NCBI RefSeq assembly: GCF_009914755.1
Contig: NC_060940.1
Strand: one strand, 5' to 3'
Length of the DNA: 64,000 bases
From: the human T2T-CHM13v2.0 reference genome, Homo sapiens
The notes beneath the pieces are model-generated. The model did not search any database, was not told the DNA's origin, and saw only the letters and a list, made by a program, of their open reading frames with translations. This document shows, piece after piece, positions 15,828 through 30,409 of this stretch (its first letter is position 1; each line of letters begins with the position of its first letter). Position numbers and translations under genes: made by a program.

Positions 15828-18800
15828 ACAATGAGAACAGTTGGACACAGGAAGGGGAATATCACACACCGGGGCCTGTTGTGGGGTAGGGTGAGGGGGG
15901 AGGGATAGCATTAGTAGATATACCTAATGCTAAATGATGAGTTAATGGGTGCAGCACACCAAGATGGCACATGTAGACATATGTAACAAACCTGCACATT
16001 GTGCACATGTACCCTAGAACTTAAAGTATAATTAAAAAAAATTAAAAAAAAGAATCACCACGATCAAGTGGGATTCATCCCAGAGGCATAAAAATGGTTC
16101 AATATACACAAATCAATAAATGAGATTGACAATAATAGATGAAGAAAAAGCATTTGACAGAATTCAGTATCCCTTTGTGATAAAAACCTCTCAACAGATT
16201 AGGTATAGCAGGTATGTACCTCAACACAATAAAAACCATATATGACAAACCTACAGCTAACATCAATTGAAAAGGAAAAAGTTGAAAGAAAGCTTTTCCC
16301 CTAAGATATGGAAGAAGACAAGGATGCCCAGTTTCACCACTTGTATTAAAAAAAAATTGGAAATCTTAGCCAGAGCAATTATGTGAAAGATATTAAAAGA
16401 TATTCAAATTGGAAAGGAGGCAGTCAAACTGTTCTTGTTTGCAGATGACATTATCTTATATAACCCTAGACTCCATCAAAAAAAACCCTTTTAGAATTAA
16501 TAAATGAATTCAGTAAAGGTGCAGGATACAAATCAACATGCAAAAATCAGTAGCATTTCTATACATAATAATAAACTATCTGAAAAAGAAATCAAGAAAA
16601 AAATCCCACTTACAATATTTACAAAAAAAATAAGATACTGAGATTAAGCCTAAGGAGATGAAAGATCTTTATAACAAAACTAGAAAATTGATGAAAGAAA
16701 TTGAATCAGATACAAATAATGAAAAGATACCCTGTGTTCATGAATCGCAAGAATTCATAAATATAACCAAAGGAATATGGTTAAAATGACCACACTACCC
16801 AAAGCAATCTACAGATTCACTGCAATCCCTATCAAAATACCAATGACATTCTTGACAATAGTAGGGAAAAAAATCCTAACGTTTGTGTGGAACCACAACA
16901 GACTTTGAATAGCCAAAGTAATCTTAAGCAAAAAGAACAAAGCTGGGGGGCACCATAATACCTTACTTTAAAACATACTACAAAGCTATGGTAATCAATA
17001 CAGCATGATACTGTCATAAAAACAGAAACATAGACCAATAGAACAGAATATGAATACAGATATAAATCCATGCATCTACAGCCAGCTGATCTTTGACAAA
17101 GGTACCAAGAACACACACTGGGGAAAGGACAGTCTCTTCAATAAATGGTGTTGGGAAAATTGGATTTCTACATGCAGAAGAATGAAAGTCAACCCCCATT
17201 TCTCATCATATTAAAAAAATCAATTCAAAATAGGTTAAAGCCTTAAAGGTAAGACTTAGAACTCTGAAACTACTAAAAAAATACATGGGGAAATACTTCA
17301 TGACATTGGTCTTGTCAAGGATTTTTTTAGATAAGACCTCAAAAGCACAGGCAACAAAAGCAAAAGTAGGCAAATGAGATTACAGCTAACTAAAAAGCTT
17401 CTGCACATCAAAGGAAACAAGTAAGAGTGATGAGACAACCTAAAAAATGGAAAAGGTATTTGCAATCTATACATCTGACAGTGTTAATATAAGAATTAAT
17501 AAGGAACCCAAAGAATTCAATACCAAAAAAAATTGTGATTAAAAATGGGCAAAAGACCTGAATGGACATTTCTCAAAAGACAACACAGAAATGGCCAATA
17601 AGTATATGAAAAAATGCTCAACATCATGAATCATCAGAAAATGCAAATCAAAATCACAACGAGATATCTATCACCTCACTCTAGTTAGAGTGGCTATTAT
17701 GAAAAACGATAGCAAGTGTTGGTGAAGAAGTGGAGAACAGGGAACCCTGACATATTGTTGGTGGGAATGTAAATTAGTACAGCCATTATGTAAAACAGTA
17801 TGGAGTTTCCTAAAAAAATATTACGAATAGAACTATCATATGATTCAGCAATCCTACTACTGGGTATATAGCTAAAGGAAATGAAATCAGTATTTCAAGA
17901 GATATCTATATCCCTATGTTTATTACAGCACTATTCACAATAGCCAAGATAAGGAAACAACCTGAGTCCATCAAATGTATGAATGGATAAAAAAAAATGT
18001 GGTATCTATATACAATGATATATTGTTCAGACACGAAAAGGAATGTAGTCCTGTCATTTACGACAACATGGATGAACCTGGAGGTCATTATGTCAAGTGA
18101 AATAAGCCAGACCCAGAAAATAAATACCATATGAATTCACTCATATGTGGAATCTAAAATAAGTAGATCTCATAGAAGTAGAGAGAATAGTGATTATCAG
18201 AGGCTGGGGAGAGGATATGGAGAGAGCTTGGTCAAAGGGCACAAAGTTACAGTTAAGACTGGCAGAATACTTTCTGGTGTTCTACTGCACAGTAGGGTGA
18301 CTATAGGTAGCTGTGATGTATTGTGTATTTCATAATAGCTAAAAGAGATTATTTTTAATGTTCTCACCACAAAGAAACGATGCTTGAGGTGATAGATTTG
18401 CTAATTACTGATTTGAACGTTACACAATGTATACATGTATTGAAACATCACATTGTATCCCACAAATATGTATAAGTATTACATGTTAACTAAAAATTTA
18501 CAAAAACCTACAAAAAATTTATATTCTGAAAGCTTGTTTTATTCCAACAGAAATCAATTTTTAATAAATTTTATATCAAAATCACTATTGCTTGGGTTTA
18601 TTTTTTCTGGAATCCATAAACATATATTCTAGAATTATAGATATACATAATCATATTTTTGAGATGGATGACTTGGGAGAGTGGTCAAAGAGTATAAAAA
18701 TTCTAAAAATAATATGTGAAAACCACAGGGAGCAGATGGAGAAGATTCACTATCAAAACACATGGTTCTAAAAGCAAACAGCATATATACTAGTAGGTCA

Positions 18801-18864
18801 CTGTTGGTGACCATTACTGAAGATGATAACATATTTTAAAATTTAAACTAATGCAGATGAAGAA

Positions 18865-19070
18865 GGAGTGTATAGTGTTTAAGGTAAGGATACAGCTTGT
18901 GAGACAGAGCCAAAGATCATGTCCCAGCTCTGCCACTCCCTCCCTAGCTATGTGCCCTTGGTCAAGTTTCTTAACTTCTCTGAACCCCTATTACCACATT
19001 CTATAATGTGGCTAAACAATATTGTTCACCTCAGAAAGGTTTGGAAAGATTACTTGAGATAAATGTAAAA
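18865..19070 (+). mobile_element. MIR
   Basis: Core cccagctctgccact...tgtgcccttggtcaagtttcttaacttctctgaacc. Confidence 0.7.
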
Positions 19071-20155
19071 TATTTTCTATGAAATAGTTTCTGCCAAAAA
19101 TAACTATTTTTGAGCATTATGAAAAAGAAGCAAAGAGACATTTGCAATATACAAAACTTGTAAATCCTTTCAACGTCACTGATTAACAAAAATTTGAAAG
19201 CTTTCTCTTGATTAAATTCAACATATATTAGTTACAGAGGGTGATGTGATGATAGGCAGGGGCAAGTTAAATACAGAGAATGTCCACTTGTCTGTGTGTA
19301 ACAAGGACTAAAAGGGAACTGTCTTGCTACTAGGGAACCGAACAGGAAAATAGGATTGCTTTGTGAGAGAGTCGGAGGGAATGGATTGCTGTGAATAAGT
19401 GATAAGTAGTAAAGGGCACTTTCATCCATTCAGTCACTATCCATCCATCACCCACCATTCATTCAACCCATCAATTCATTATTCAGCTCTTCATTGGGTT
19501 AAGGTTAAGCACAGAAAAGCTGTGTACATGCCTACATCCAAGAAGCACAACTATGACTTATCAATGAATGGGGCATTTACACAGAGTGAAAATGTGGAGT
19601 TACGGAGGGGAAAATATGGGGTTGAAATGGAAGTCAGACGTGTTTGAAAATAGGGCAGGATATTTTCTGCCTAGGAGTGGCATTAGGCTCTTCATAATGA
19701 GCTCCTATGCCACTCTGACTCATGGCAGGGAATTCCTCTCAGGTGTAATGTGCCATAGAGAAATAAATCTCACCATCTTTTGGTCCTTCCTAGCTATATG
19801 TATCTGTAAGGTCTAACAATAGCCAAGTTATCTGCAATAATCACTTTCATAGTACTGTTGCAATAAAAAAAAAAAAGAAAGAGCTATGCATAGTTAACAG
19901 AACAGTTTCATGGGGTGCTCCATTTATCATAGATCAATTATATTAACTAGGGTAGGCTTAGAGTGACAAATATTCCAATTAATTTGTGGGTTATATTAGA
20001 AAGTATTAAACATACCATCTATTAAATTACAAAATAGCAATATAATAATGTAAAATACAACATTATCCCATAGCATTTTTAAGTATGCTAAATTTAATAT
20101 TGAAAAGGCTGAGTATACATTCATAATACCATTCATCATTAAAAAAATTAAATGC

Positions 20156-20451
20156 GGCTGGGCGCAGTGGCTCCCGCCTGTAATCCCACCACTTTGGGAG
20201 GCTGAGGTGGGCGGATCGTGAGGTCAGGAGATCGAGACCAACCTGGCTAACATGGTGAAACCCCGTCTCTACTAAAAATACAAAACAATTAGCCGGGCGT
20301 GGTGGTGGGCACCTGTAGTCCCAGCGACCCGGGAGGCTGAGGCAGAAGAATGGCGTGAACCTGGGAGGCGGAGCTTTCAGTGAGCTGAGATCATGCCACC
20401 GCACTCCAGCCTAGGTGACAGAGCAAGACTCCGTCTCAAAAAAAAAAAAAA
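20156..20451 (+). mobile_element. AluY-like
   Basis: Y diagnostics (gagatcgagacc, ggctaac, gaatggcgtgaac). TSD aaaaaaattaaatgc at 20141-20155 and 20452-20466. Confidence 0.9.
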
Positions 20452-21599
20452 AAAAAAATTAAATGCAATGCACAGTATAGTCTTGAGAATACAATATGTC
20501 AGAGGTATATTTAGGAAAAAAACACTCTTACCTAGAAAGGCATGAATTTATTATATGCAAACCTGTACAAAATGGCTCCAGGGATATAGAGTCCTAGTTT
20601 TTCCTCATATTTGTATACCTTAAAAGAAACTAATATAGCCTAGTCTGCTTTAGATGTTGAATATGTAAAAAGTCAAGACTATGAAGCAGCCATTTTATAA
20701 TTTTTATATAAATTATGATTTCCAATCAAAAAGCATTCAAAATATTTATCAGAATCACATCTGGCATCCATGACTCACCAAGATAGATGCCTCAGAGAAG
20801 TCTTTGCTACAAGGTAGAAACTCAGGAACTAATCACTTTTGCTGTGGTAACTATTGCACTGCAATCATCACAGACATGGAATGAAAAGGAAATACTAATG
20901 ACCTGGGTTTATTATTTGTTTGAAAGAGTATTGCAAATATTAGAAGAGGACTCTAAGAACACCTCACCACTTTGGGTGCTTTGTGGCAATGAGTGCACAT
21001 AAAATATTTGTTTTACCAAAAATTTCTAATAGCATTGTCCTTTTTTGATGGGATAGGAGCAGAGTAGGCTAAGGGAGACAAAGGTCCCGCAGGTTAGAGG
21101 GAGAACTGTTTTAACTGATTATGATGACTTCGAATACATGGAAACAGAATTGGCACTATGAAAAAACAAAAGGATATTAAGAAGCTGTACAAATACAGTT
21201 GTCTATTTAAATGCTAAATAACAGTAAATACTGTAGATAATGTATGTTGTTATCTACTGGTCAGAATTCATGAATTAGAAAATGTAAATAGGAAGACTAA
21301 GAATTAACAATTTATAAGGATCCAGGATGTCTCCTACTGAAACCAGCACCCATGCATTTTAGATTCAGAACAATTTTTAATCACTTAACTTTAATCAAAA
21401 TAAGCAAAAGTAATGATATGTTAATCTTTATCATATGAATGAATCTCAGAAGTTCTGGTTTAGGATTATAGTTGAAGGTCTTAATATTTCCTAAACTTAA
21501 TTCTTAAAAACCATTTATAATATTTTGAAATTTTCAATGTTAATACTGAATAGTTAATATCCAATTGAATAGAGTATTTTTCATTTAATTAAATAATTC

Positions 21600-22875
21600 A
21601 TTTAATATTATTCATTAGTATTTATAATGTGACTGGCACTGCTATAGGCTTGAGAGATATAATGGTGGACAAAATACACCAATGGAGTTCTGGTGAGGGC
21701 ACATGAGTAGAATGAATACCATGTCAGCAATAGTCTGCAATGGAGAAAAATAAAGCAGGAAAGCAGGGCGGAAGTGCTGGGGGTAGGGTTTACAGTTTTA
21801 AATAGAGTGGTCAGGGAAGGCCTCCAGGAGAGGGTGATGTGGCAAAACCAGAAGGTGGTATGGGGGTGAGTCATGAGGAATATCATGCAGAGGGATAAGC
21901 AAGGGCAAAGGCCTCAGGAGGGACAATTTGCAGAACACCAAGGAGGCAATGTGACTGGAGCACAGGTGCATTTATAATGTTAGAAACAAAGGCAGGATGC
22001 TTTGGACATGCGCTCCTTCATTTATCCATTATCTGTCTTCTAAATGGCAGTTAAACAAGGACATGCTAATATCCAACTCTGTGTCTCTCCAGAGCTTTTA
22101 TCTCCCATTTGTATTTCATTTTGTCTTCTAACAGACATCTCAAACTTAACATGTCCCAAACAGAACTATCAATTAACAGAACTCCAGAGTTCCTCTTCCT
22201 ACTCCTTTCCTACCTCATCAAATGGCGCTGAGTTGTTCAAACCAAAAATCTAGAAATCAGTCTTCTTTTTCTCTTCCCCTCAACATCTAATCCATCAGCA
22301 TTTCTTGTCAACTTTGTCTCCAATATGTCCTAAATAAGACTATTTCTATCCATTTCCTGGTGGTTTCCCTGGTCCAAGTCACCATAGCTTTTCCCTCTTA
22401 ACTAGTCCCCTTGAAGTTTCCAGTTACATTTAGAATAAAATCCAAACTCCTTGTTACCTTTGTCCACAAAGCACTACAAGACCTGGCCAAGTGCCAGCCT
22501 TCTTTTTGTTCCTTGAACATCAAGCTTACTGTTGCCTTAGAATCTTCACTTATGTGTTCCGTCTGCATGGAGCATTTTCCCCAAAAACCTTCTACAACTT
22601 CACTCAAGTCTCAGATCAGATGTAACCTCCAACGAGCTACTTAAAATAGCCCTTCTCATTTCCTATTATAGCCCTTTGTTTAATTCCCTCAGAGCTCTTA
22701 CAACTTTCTAATAATTCCTTATTAATTTAATTGTTTTTGTCTTTCTTCCCTCAATAGAATTTAAACTTCATGAGAACAGGGTTTTTGTATGCTTGAGGCT
22801 TGGCTATATGCCAAGCATATAATACACAGCCAGTCCAAATAGTAGGAACTCTAAAACGTTTTTTGAATTCATTAA
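21600..22875. mobile_element. L2 fragments (both orientations)
   Basis: L2 3'-region signatures (caaacttaacatgtcccaaacagaac; tagaataaaatccaaactcctt). Boundaries approximate. Confidence 0.55.
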
Positions 22876-25700
22876 CCAATGCCTTGTACACAATAAAAAT
22901 ATTTCATTATAAAACAGAAAGGCAACTAAATGGAAGGAAAATGAATTGCTCCACAATTTTAAAGAATAAACATGCTATTTGACTGAGCTATTTGACTGAA
23001 TCCTATGTATGTACCATACAATTTGAAGAATATCAAAGTATTATAATGCAGCACTTACATCTAATTTGCCCATATTATACATATTAATGTACTCTGTATT
23101 TACTTGATAATTTCTGACTGGCAATGACAGTGATATGGTACAGTAGTACATTTAAGAGAGAATATCTGCAACTTCAAACATTCCTCTGTTTTATTGATTT
23201 TTTGACTAGTGTTCAATGTCCCTTTTCAATGAAAAGGGCTACTTAACGAAACAGCAGCCAATTTTCAACTATAAGATACAAACAAACAAGAGTGCCATTA
23301 ATGTAAGACTGTGGACCAAAAGCCAATCTTAAATGATTTACATAATAAGACCAAGTACAGAAAGCATAGCACCCAGAACTTTCTGCTTTCTAGCTTCTTT
23401 TATAATATAATCATCACCTGTTTATTTGAAGGCATTTGATTTTTAAAATTCTTTTGTGAGAGAGAATATGAACATTCAATTACCAATTAGCATTCAGACT
23501 AAATATAAAATTTACATTTCCACACACGGCGCATCTGATTTACTTTCCAGATCAAACATGAACAAGAAACAATTTTAATTTGTCAGATGGTTACTCAATA
23601 CACCTAGCCATAAAACAAAGGAAGCATAATTGCTATAAATGCTTTGAAATCAGCTCCACGATGGTTAATTTAGAATTAACATCTGAATCTTTACCAAATA
23701 TTATAAGGCTTCACAAAACAACTTTAATGTGGGGTGTCCCTACCTTTCTCCTTTACTTTACTAAATGTCATTGATTACTGTGCTAGGTACTGGGTGTACT
23801 CATTGAATCATATTTGGGGTTAACCATCAATGACACTATCTTTAAGTTGTTCAAGATTTTCTAGTATGTTTATAACTTTCACGAATGACAGTTTTCCATT
23901 TTCATTAGTTCCTTTATTTTTTATAGGATTATTTAGATCTGACTGAAAATTCCAAGGCCCAATTCATCATGCCCAGTATTCTCCCTTTACTTGAAGAAGA
24001 AAGTGTGATCTCCTTCTGAAGATGTGATACACAGCAGTTAGCATGAGATCTGTATAATTTATAAATAAATTTATATGACATTTACAATAATTCAATCTAT
24101 AAAAAATGCTGACATTCTGTATAAGGTTTCTGTTTTCCCTTCAGTTTTATAGCTTTTATTGATTTCCACTACACCTAGTATTACATACAAAATTGATACC
24201 CATTTTCTCTAATTTCTATTGACTTTTTGTCCTATATAATTTAATAAGAGATAACACCTTATTTATAGGAATTCTAGAATTTGATATTCAGAGCCTACGT
24301 AGAAAGAGACTCAAGATTAAAATACAGTTTAAAAGGAAGATATAGTAGGGCAAGACAGAAAACATGTCTTCTAGAAGATACACCTTCCTTGATTATTTCT
24401 TAGGTATGAGAGACATTTATGGGTTGCAGATGTTCCAAATATGAGACCAGGGCCCAGAACCTCATCTGACACTTACCAGTAGCAGCAAGTATTTATTGGG
24501 TAATTTCTATGACTAAGGGACTGCTCTAAGAATTCTGCAAATGATAACTTTTGGGCCACTAATACCCTGCTAAAATGAAAATCTAAAGGTCTTTTCTTGG
24601 TCTTCTTTTGCATTATATTTTAGTATCTGCCGATGGTTTCTGACCACCTTTTAGCACCCATTTTTCTCCCTACTTAGCCCTCTGTCAATCTCCATTTTAC
24701 ACCTTCTTGTTTGGAGGGCTCATCTCAGTCTTGACCTCTTCCCTCTTAAAGGGCTCTCACACCTGCCCTGGCTTTTTCCCTCATCTTAGGTCTGCTAAAT
24801 GTGATGGCTTTGTTGTCTTTACAGCACGATTAATGTGATAACTTTAAAGCGTCTCAGTACCCAATCCAGCTCCCTCTCCTGATTTACCTATCTTTGTGAA
24901 TAGTATCACCCTTTTTTAGGTAATTCAGAGTCAATTTTTTACTTTTTACTCTCTCTAGTGTCAAACCAATCAGCAAATTTACTGATTCCCTCCACATACT
25001 GATGTAGTCCAGCTCCGGCTCTCACCACCTCATGCCCTGACCTGTCTCCTGAGTGGTTTCCACCTTTAGAAAATACTGCATTTTAAGACTGTTTAAATCT
25101 GCCTCTCTTTTAACATCAAAATCTCAGGCACCTCAGAGGTTCTAATAATCTTCCTCTGAACTCCTACTGCATGCTCAAGAAGCATTACATTATGCATATC
25201 CCACCAGACCAGAAATTTTGTTCAACTTTACTTTCTGAAGTTAATAAAAAAGGTATTAACAAAGAGATGTTCAAAATTGTTCTACTATTTCCCATCACTT
25301 CTACAGAATAAAATCAACATTTGTTCATCTGTTATTCATTTGGTAATCCAATGGATTCCCAGGCCATTTATTATGCTTCTATATTTTTACAGAAACTGTC
25401 GATTCAACCCAAAGTGGTTTATTCACTAGTCACTAACCAAACCATTTTTATGTCTCCACATATTTTTAGCCAAAGTCCAGTACAAAATCTCACCACTTCC
25501 ATGAGGCTTTTGTACCCTTTCTCAGCTTAGGATAATCTATGTTTCCACAAGACTTATTAGCACTTTTTCCATGGCATTAATTTCATAATCAACAATGAAA
25601 TGCAGTTTGGTTTCTCTTATATTGTGGCAGTTACTTGTTGCTTTACTCTTGTATTTTTTTTAACATATTCATATTCTGTCTTCCCAACTGGACTATAAAT

Positions 25701-26091
<391 letters not shown>

Positions 26092-26183
26092 TAAAGCATA
26101 ATAGAAGTTTAATTTTTTTCAGAGGTCTAACTTTTACATTTTATTTGGTGTTAAAGACCCTGTGAAACTACACAACCTCTTCT

Positions 26184-26355
26184 TTCATTCTTTAAAAAAA
26201 TTTTTTTTAGAGATGAGGTCTCACTTGTGTTGCCTAGGCTAGGGTGCAGTGGCTTGACCACAGCTCACTGCAGCCTTGACCCCCTGTGCTCAAGCAATTC
26301 TCCTGCCTCAGCCCCGAGAAGCTGAGACTACAGGTACAAACCACCACACCCAGCC
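26184..26355 (-). mobile_element. FRAM/Alu right-arm monomer
   Basis: Single reverse monomer. TSD tacacaacctcttct / tacacaaccttttct. Confidence 0.75.
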
Positions 26356-27696
26356 ATACACAACCTTTTCTAAATGAGTCGTTCATGCCACTCAGAAAAT
26401 AGTATCAATTTTACATGAACTCAAAAGTTCTATGATAAAAATAACACTTTTTTTACTGGGCAGTAAGTATATACTTTGGTTTATTTCTTGCCATTGTTGA
26501 CTACTACTTCTCTATAATTTACTTTTTTGCTATTAAATTAACATATTATTCTAGCCACATAACAAAATTTGGAAAATAGGGAATAAGATAATCTATTTTC
26601 CTACTTTAACAAAACCATTATTACCCTTTGGCTCTGTTCCTTTCTAGTCTTCTCTTTTTTTTTAGACAAGTGAGCTGGGAGCCATTTAAACACTTCTCTT
26701 TGGTACAGACTTCTTGTCACTTACATCACTTATTTAAGCATGTGCACTCTTTATCAACTGAATGGTAAATTTCTTGAATCATGCTGACTTCCTGGCGGTC
26801 AGTCACTTCCCTTGTTTTGGTTCAAAGGAAGTAGGTGGAAAGGAAGATGGAGGGCTGGATGCAATTCACAAATATATTCAAATGTACACTTTTCACAGGA
26901 AAAATGCATATTTTTGATATGTTAATATTCATATTTTTGGACCCAGCAGTCTTTTTTACCAATATTCAACTAAAAATACATGAACTTTTAAAAAGCCAAT
27001 GTGTGATATTTATTAAAAGTGTACTATTAAAAAAGTTTACTGATGAACTACCCAAAGCTATTAAAAACATGGAGCAATAGATATGTTTCTTAATTTGACT
27101 GTGTCTTATAATCTGCATATCTTAAAAACACTAACATGCAAACGTTTATGTTTAGCAAAATTGTAAAAAATCCTCAAAGTAAAGCTACTAATAATTTTGT
27201 TAAAAGTAAGGCATTTTATGATATAAAACACACGATCATAAAAGATATAACTTTAATTTGGAGTTTTTAACCAGGGCTTAAGGGGGTCAGAGAGATCTCT
27301 GTACTCCCTGAAAATTATGTAGTACATATACACTTTTTTCCTAAAGAGAGACTTGCAGATAGAGCTGTTATTAATCTAGCTAATCAAATTAGCCAGAAAA
27401 TTCCAAAAAATAACATCATGTGTTCTATCACTTGACTATTGGCATTAAAAACTGTAAAGGCAACAGAAATTTACTTAAAATTAACATAATATTCAATATA
27501 ACTAAAATACAGGACAACATAGAGATTCATGTTAAAATTTCCATGATATGACATTATCAAACCTCCTGGTTTAGCTGTGTTGGGATACATCCATATGACA
27601 CTGAACAGTGACTTGATTTAGTCAGCTGCATACAGAGCAGCAGAGGCAACAAGAACAAAAAACATGTAAGTCCAATGAATAGACTCAAACTACAAT

Positions 27697-27801
27697 TTGA
27701 GATGAGGTTCCACTATGTTGCCCAGGATGGACTTGAATTCCTGAGCTCAAACAGTCCTACCAAGTAGCTCGGGCTATAGGCGAGAGCCACTGTACCCAGC
27801 T
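27697..27801 (-). mobile_element. FLAM-like Alu monomer
   Basis: cactatgttgcccagg...gagccactgtacccagc. Confidence 0.7.
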
Positions 27802-28610
27802 CAAACTCTAACTTCTTGTGCTCTTGCTATAAGCCTGTCACTGTGCTTCATTTACATTGTGCTATTCATAATAGCCTTTAGAGGTGGATATTACTGTCAT
27901 TCCCATTTTATATATGAAGAAGCTGAGGTATCTGAACATGGTGATGTCTCATCTACATTTTGAGGAAAGCCTACGGTGGTTTATTGGCATAATGAAGGAT
28001 CAGCAGGATGGGAACAAGCACTGAACAGCTTTTAGGTGGGGCAGACCACTTTCCCATCTCATACAATTACTCTGACAAATGATAAAAAGAGCCACATATG
28101 CTTTGGAAGTTCCTGACCAATGTGAACTTGATTGTGCAGAATCTTACGGAAAACAGAAATTCATATGTCCTCTTTTGGGTAATTCATAATAGACATTAAT
28201 CTGCTTTAAAATTAAGTTGTAATAAAAATGGCTTTTAGTATTGGTTTTAAGAGGTCATATTAACTCCTTCACTTCTATTTGTTCCATATGTTGTATATAC
28301 GTGAAGAATTTACGGTAATTAATACCTGGAATTCTCTAGAAAAAGTCTCAGTAGTTTTCTTGTTTTGCATATTACTTCTGCAAACAGTATCAAACTATTT
28401 TTTAAACACATCATAAATTTCTCCTTATTTCATTAAGGAATTGACATGTCACATACAATACTATTATGGAATAGGCATCTTTTGAAGCTATAATAGCTCT
28501 GAAGACCCTGGAGTTATTTCCTGCTATGGGGAATTAATATAAATAGAACAGAAAGAAGGAGAGAATTGGAAAGGCAAAAGCCTTTTTTTTTTTTTTTTAC
28601 CAAATCTTAC

Positions 28611-28692
28611 CAAAGTCTGCAAATGCTGACTGTCCAACCACCATCATATTTTGAGGTTTTTCCAATATAGTACTGACAGAGAAGTTTCCATC
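28611..28692 (-). CDS. ITFG1: ITFG1 internal coding exon (probably exon 8), 82 nt, phase 0 to phase 1: DGNFSVSTILEKPQNMMVVGQSAFADF(D)
   Basis: Minus strand ttttcttcatttaacag|GATGGAAAC...GCAGACTTTG|gtaagat: canonical sites, 27 codons + 1 nt. It ends at the start of an FG-GAP/Ca-binding-type motif (ADFDGDG in the recalled protein). Confidence 0.95.
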
Positions 28693-29623
28693 CTGTTAAA
28701 TGAAGAAAACTTTGAATTAGACCATCTTAATCCACTCATTTGTTAAGTGTAAAACAAAGCATTCTAACTGAACTGGGGAAATAAATAACTTCAGTATTTT
28801 GTTGTATTGCACAAAAATTATTCCAATCTCCTGTTTCACTTTTATTTTGAAGCAAAGGAAACTCCTGTGAGTTGAGGAAGAAAATATGAATGTGGTATGC
28901 TTTCCTTGCTGTCAATTCTAGTATCTTTTACCAAATCATCACCATAATTTCAGAGAGTAATAATTTCAAGTACTGTGGAAGGCTTTGGAAATGTAAAGAA
29001 TTATAAAACTAGTTCCTATCCTCAAAGAGCTTACAGTCCAGTTGGGAGATAGAATATAAGTCAGAAAAATAGGATTTCTGACGGTAACACATAATTAGTA
29101 TAAGTACAAAGACATGTTTTGCAGATTTTAAGGGAAGAAGATTCTGTTGGGAACAATTAAGAAAAGATATTGAAATGAGAGGAGAATTTCATTGATCCTT
29201 AAAGGGCCAATCCATCAACTCAAGTTTACATATCAATGAGAAGAGAAGCAAAGGATTGCAACAGCAGCCATGTGCTGACTGAGAAGCAGAGGTGCCTAAG
29301 CTAAATAGAAAAGGAGAGCTTATCAGCGATCCTTTGTTTCACTCACTCTTTCCAAACAAAAACAGCACACATCTGATTACCAAAAATAATATGCATTTCT
29401 TTAAATTATTGCCTTTCCCTTCTTAATTTTAGATTATTACACAAGAAAAAGAAATCAAAACAATGAATTTGAAATTCTGAGCTCTCAGGTTTGTACAGAG
29501 TTCTTCTTATCACTGACCTCTCTATTTTCTGTTTGAGATACTGACTCTGATTCCTACATACTGTATACAGGATATCTGTATACTTTAAAATGAGTTTTTC
29601 CTTCTTTGCTCCTCTAAGGATAC

Positions 29624-30409
29624 TGTAGATCTGTCTGAGTAAAAAAATGAGCACTGGTTTTCTCCCTTATGCTCTCTCACAAGAATCAACAGACATAAGA
29701 CTTCTGTGACTAAATGTGGGGGACTTCTCCCCACCATAAACAAGCAATCATTTCTGCAGTGGATACTACCTGGCTGTCCTCTAATTCCACAGGTTGAGGG
29801 CTCAGTCCCTCAAATTACCCTAGACACCAGTCCAAAGTTTGGACCTCCAGTATTTCTGCCTGACCAGCTTCAAGTTGGGACTCACACCACCCCCTCTTTG
29901 GATTCACAGCTGGAGTGGCTCGCAGAACTCTGGGAAACATATTACTTAGTTATTATAGAGGATATTACAAAGGATACAGATGAAGAGATGAGTAGGGCGA
30001 GGTACGGAAGGGTCACAGAGCTTCCATGCCCTCTCTGGGCACTCCAACCTCCAGGAACTTCCACCTGTTCAGCTATCAGGAAGCTCTCAGAACCTAGTTC
30101 TTTTAGGTTTTTATGATGGTTTCATTATGTAGGCATGATTGGTTAAACCGCTGGCCACTGGTGATTACTTTAACCTTCAGACTCTCCCCCATTCCTGGAG
30201 GCTGTGGGGAAGGGCTAAAAGTCCCAATCCTCTAATCATGTCTTGGTCATTCTGGTGACCAGTCACATTCTGAAGTTATTTTGGGGTTGCCATCCACCAA
30301 TCAACTCATTAGCATACAAACAGACATCCCTTTGGAGATTCTAGGTCTTTCAGAAGTTCTATGTTAGGAAGTGGGGACTAACGCCAAATTTGTATTTCAT
30401 ATTATCACA
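29624..30409 (-). mobile_element. MER21-like solo LTR
   Basis: gacttctgtgactaaatgtggggg, ggttgagggctcagtccc. The rc starts TGTGATAATATGAAAT as recalled for MER21. Confidence 0.7.

Noticed and set aside
15883-15904. G-rich G4-like tract
   Set aside because: It is the well-known L1 3'UTR polypurine tract, not locus-specific.
22974-22999. 13-bp perfect tandem duplication gctatttgactga x2 (also an 11-bp duplication at 41198-41219)
   Set aside because: Ordinary slippage micro-duplications.
29706-30116. 136-aa ORF (and the 142-aa ORF at 50152-50580)
   Set aside because: Both lie within solo LTRs, start at non-ATG codons, and have no recognisable domain.
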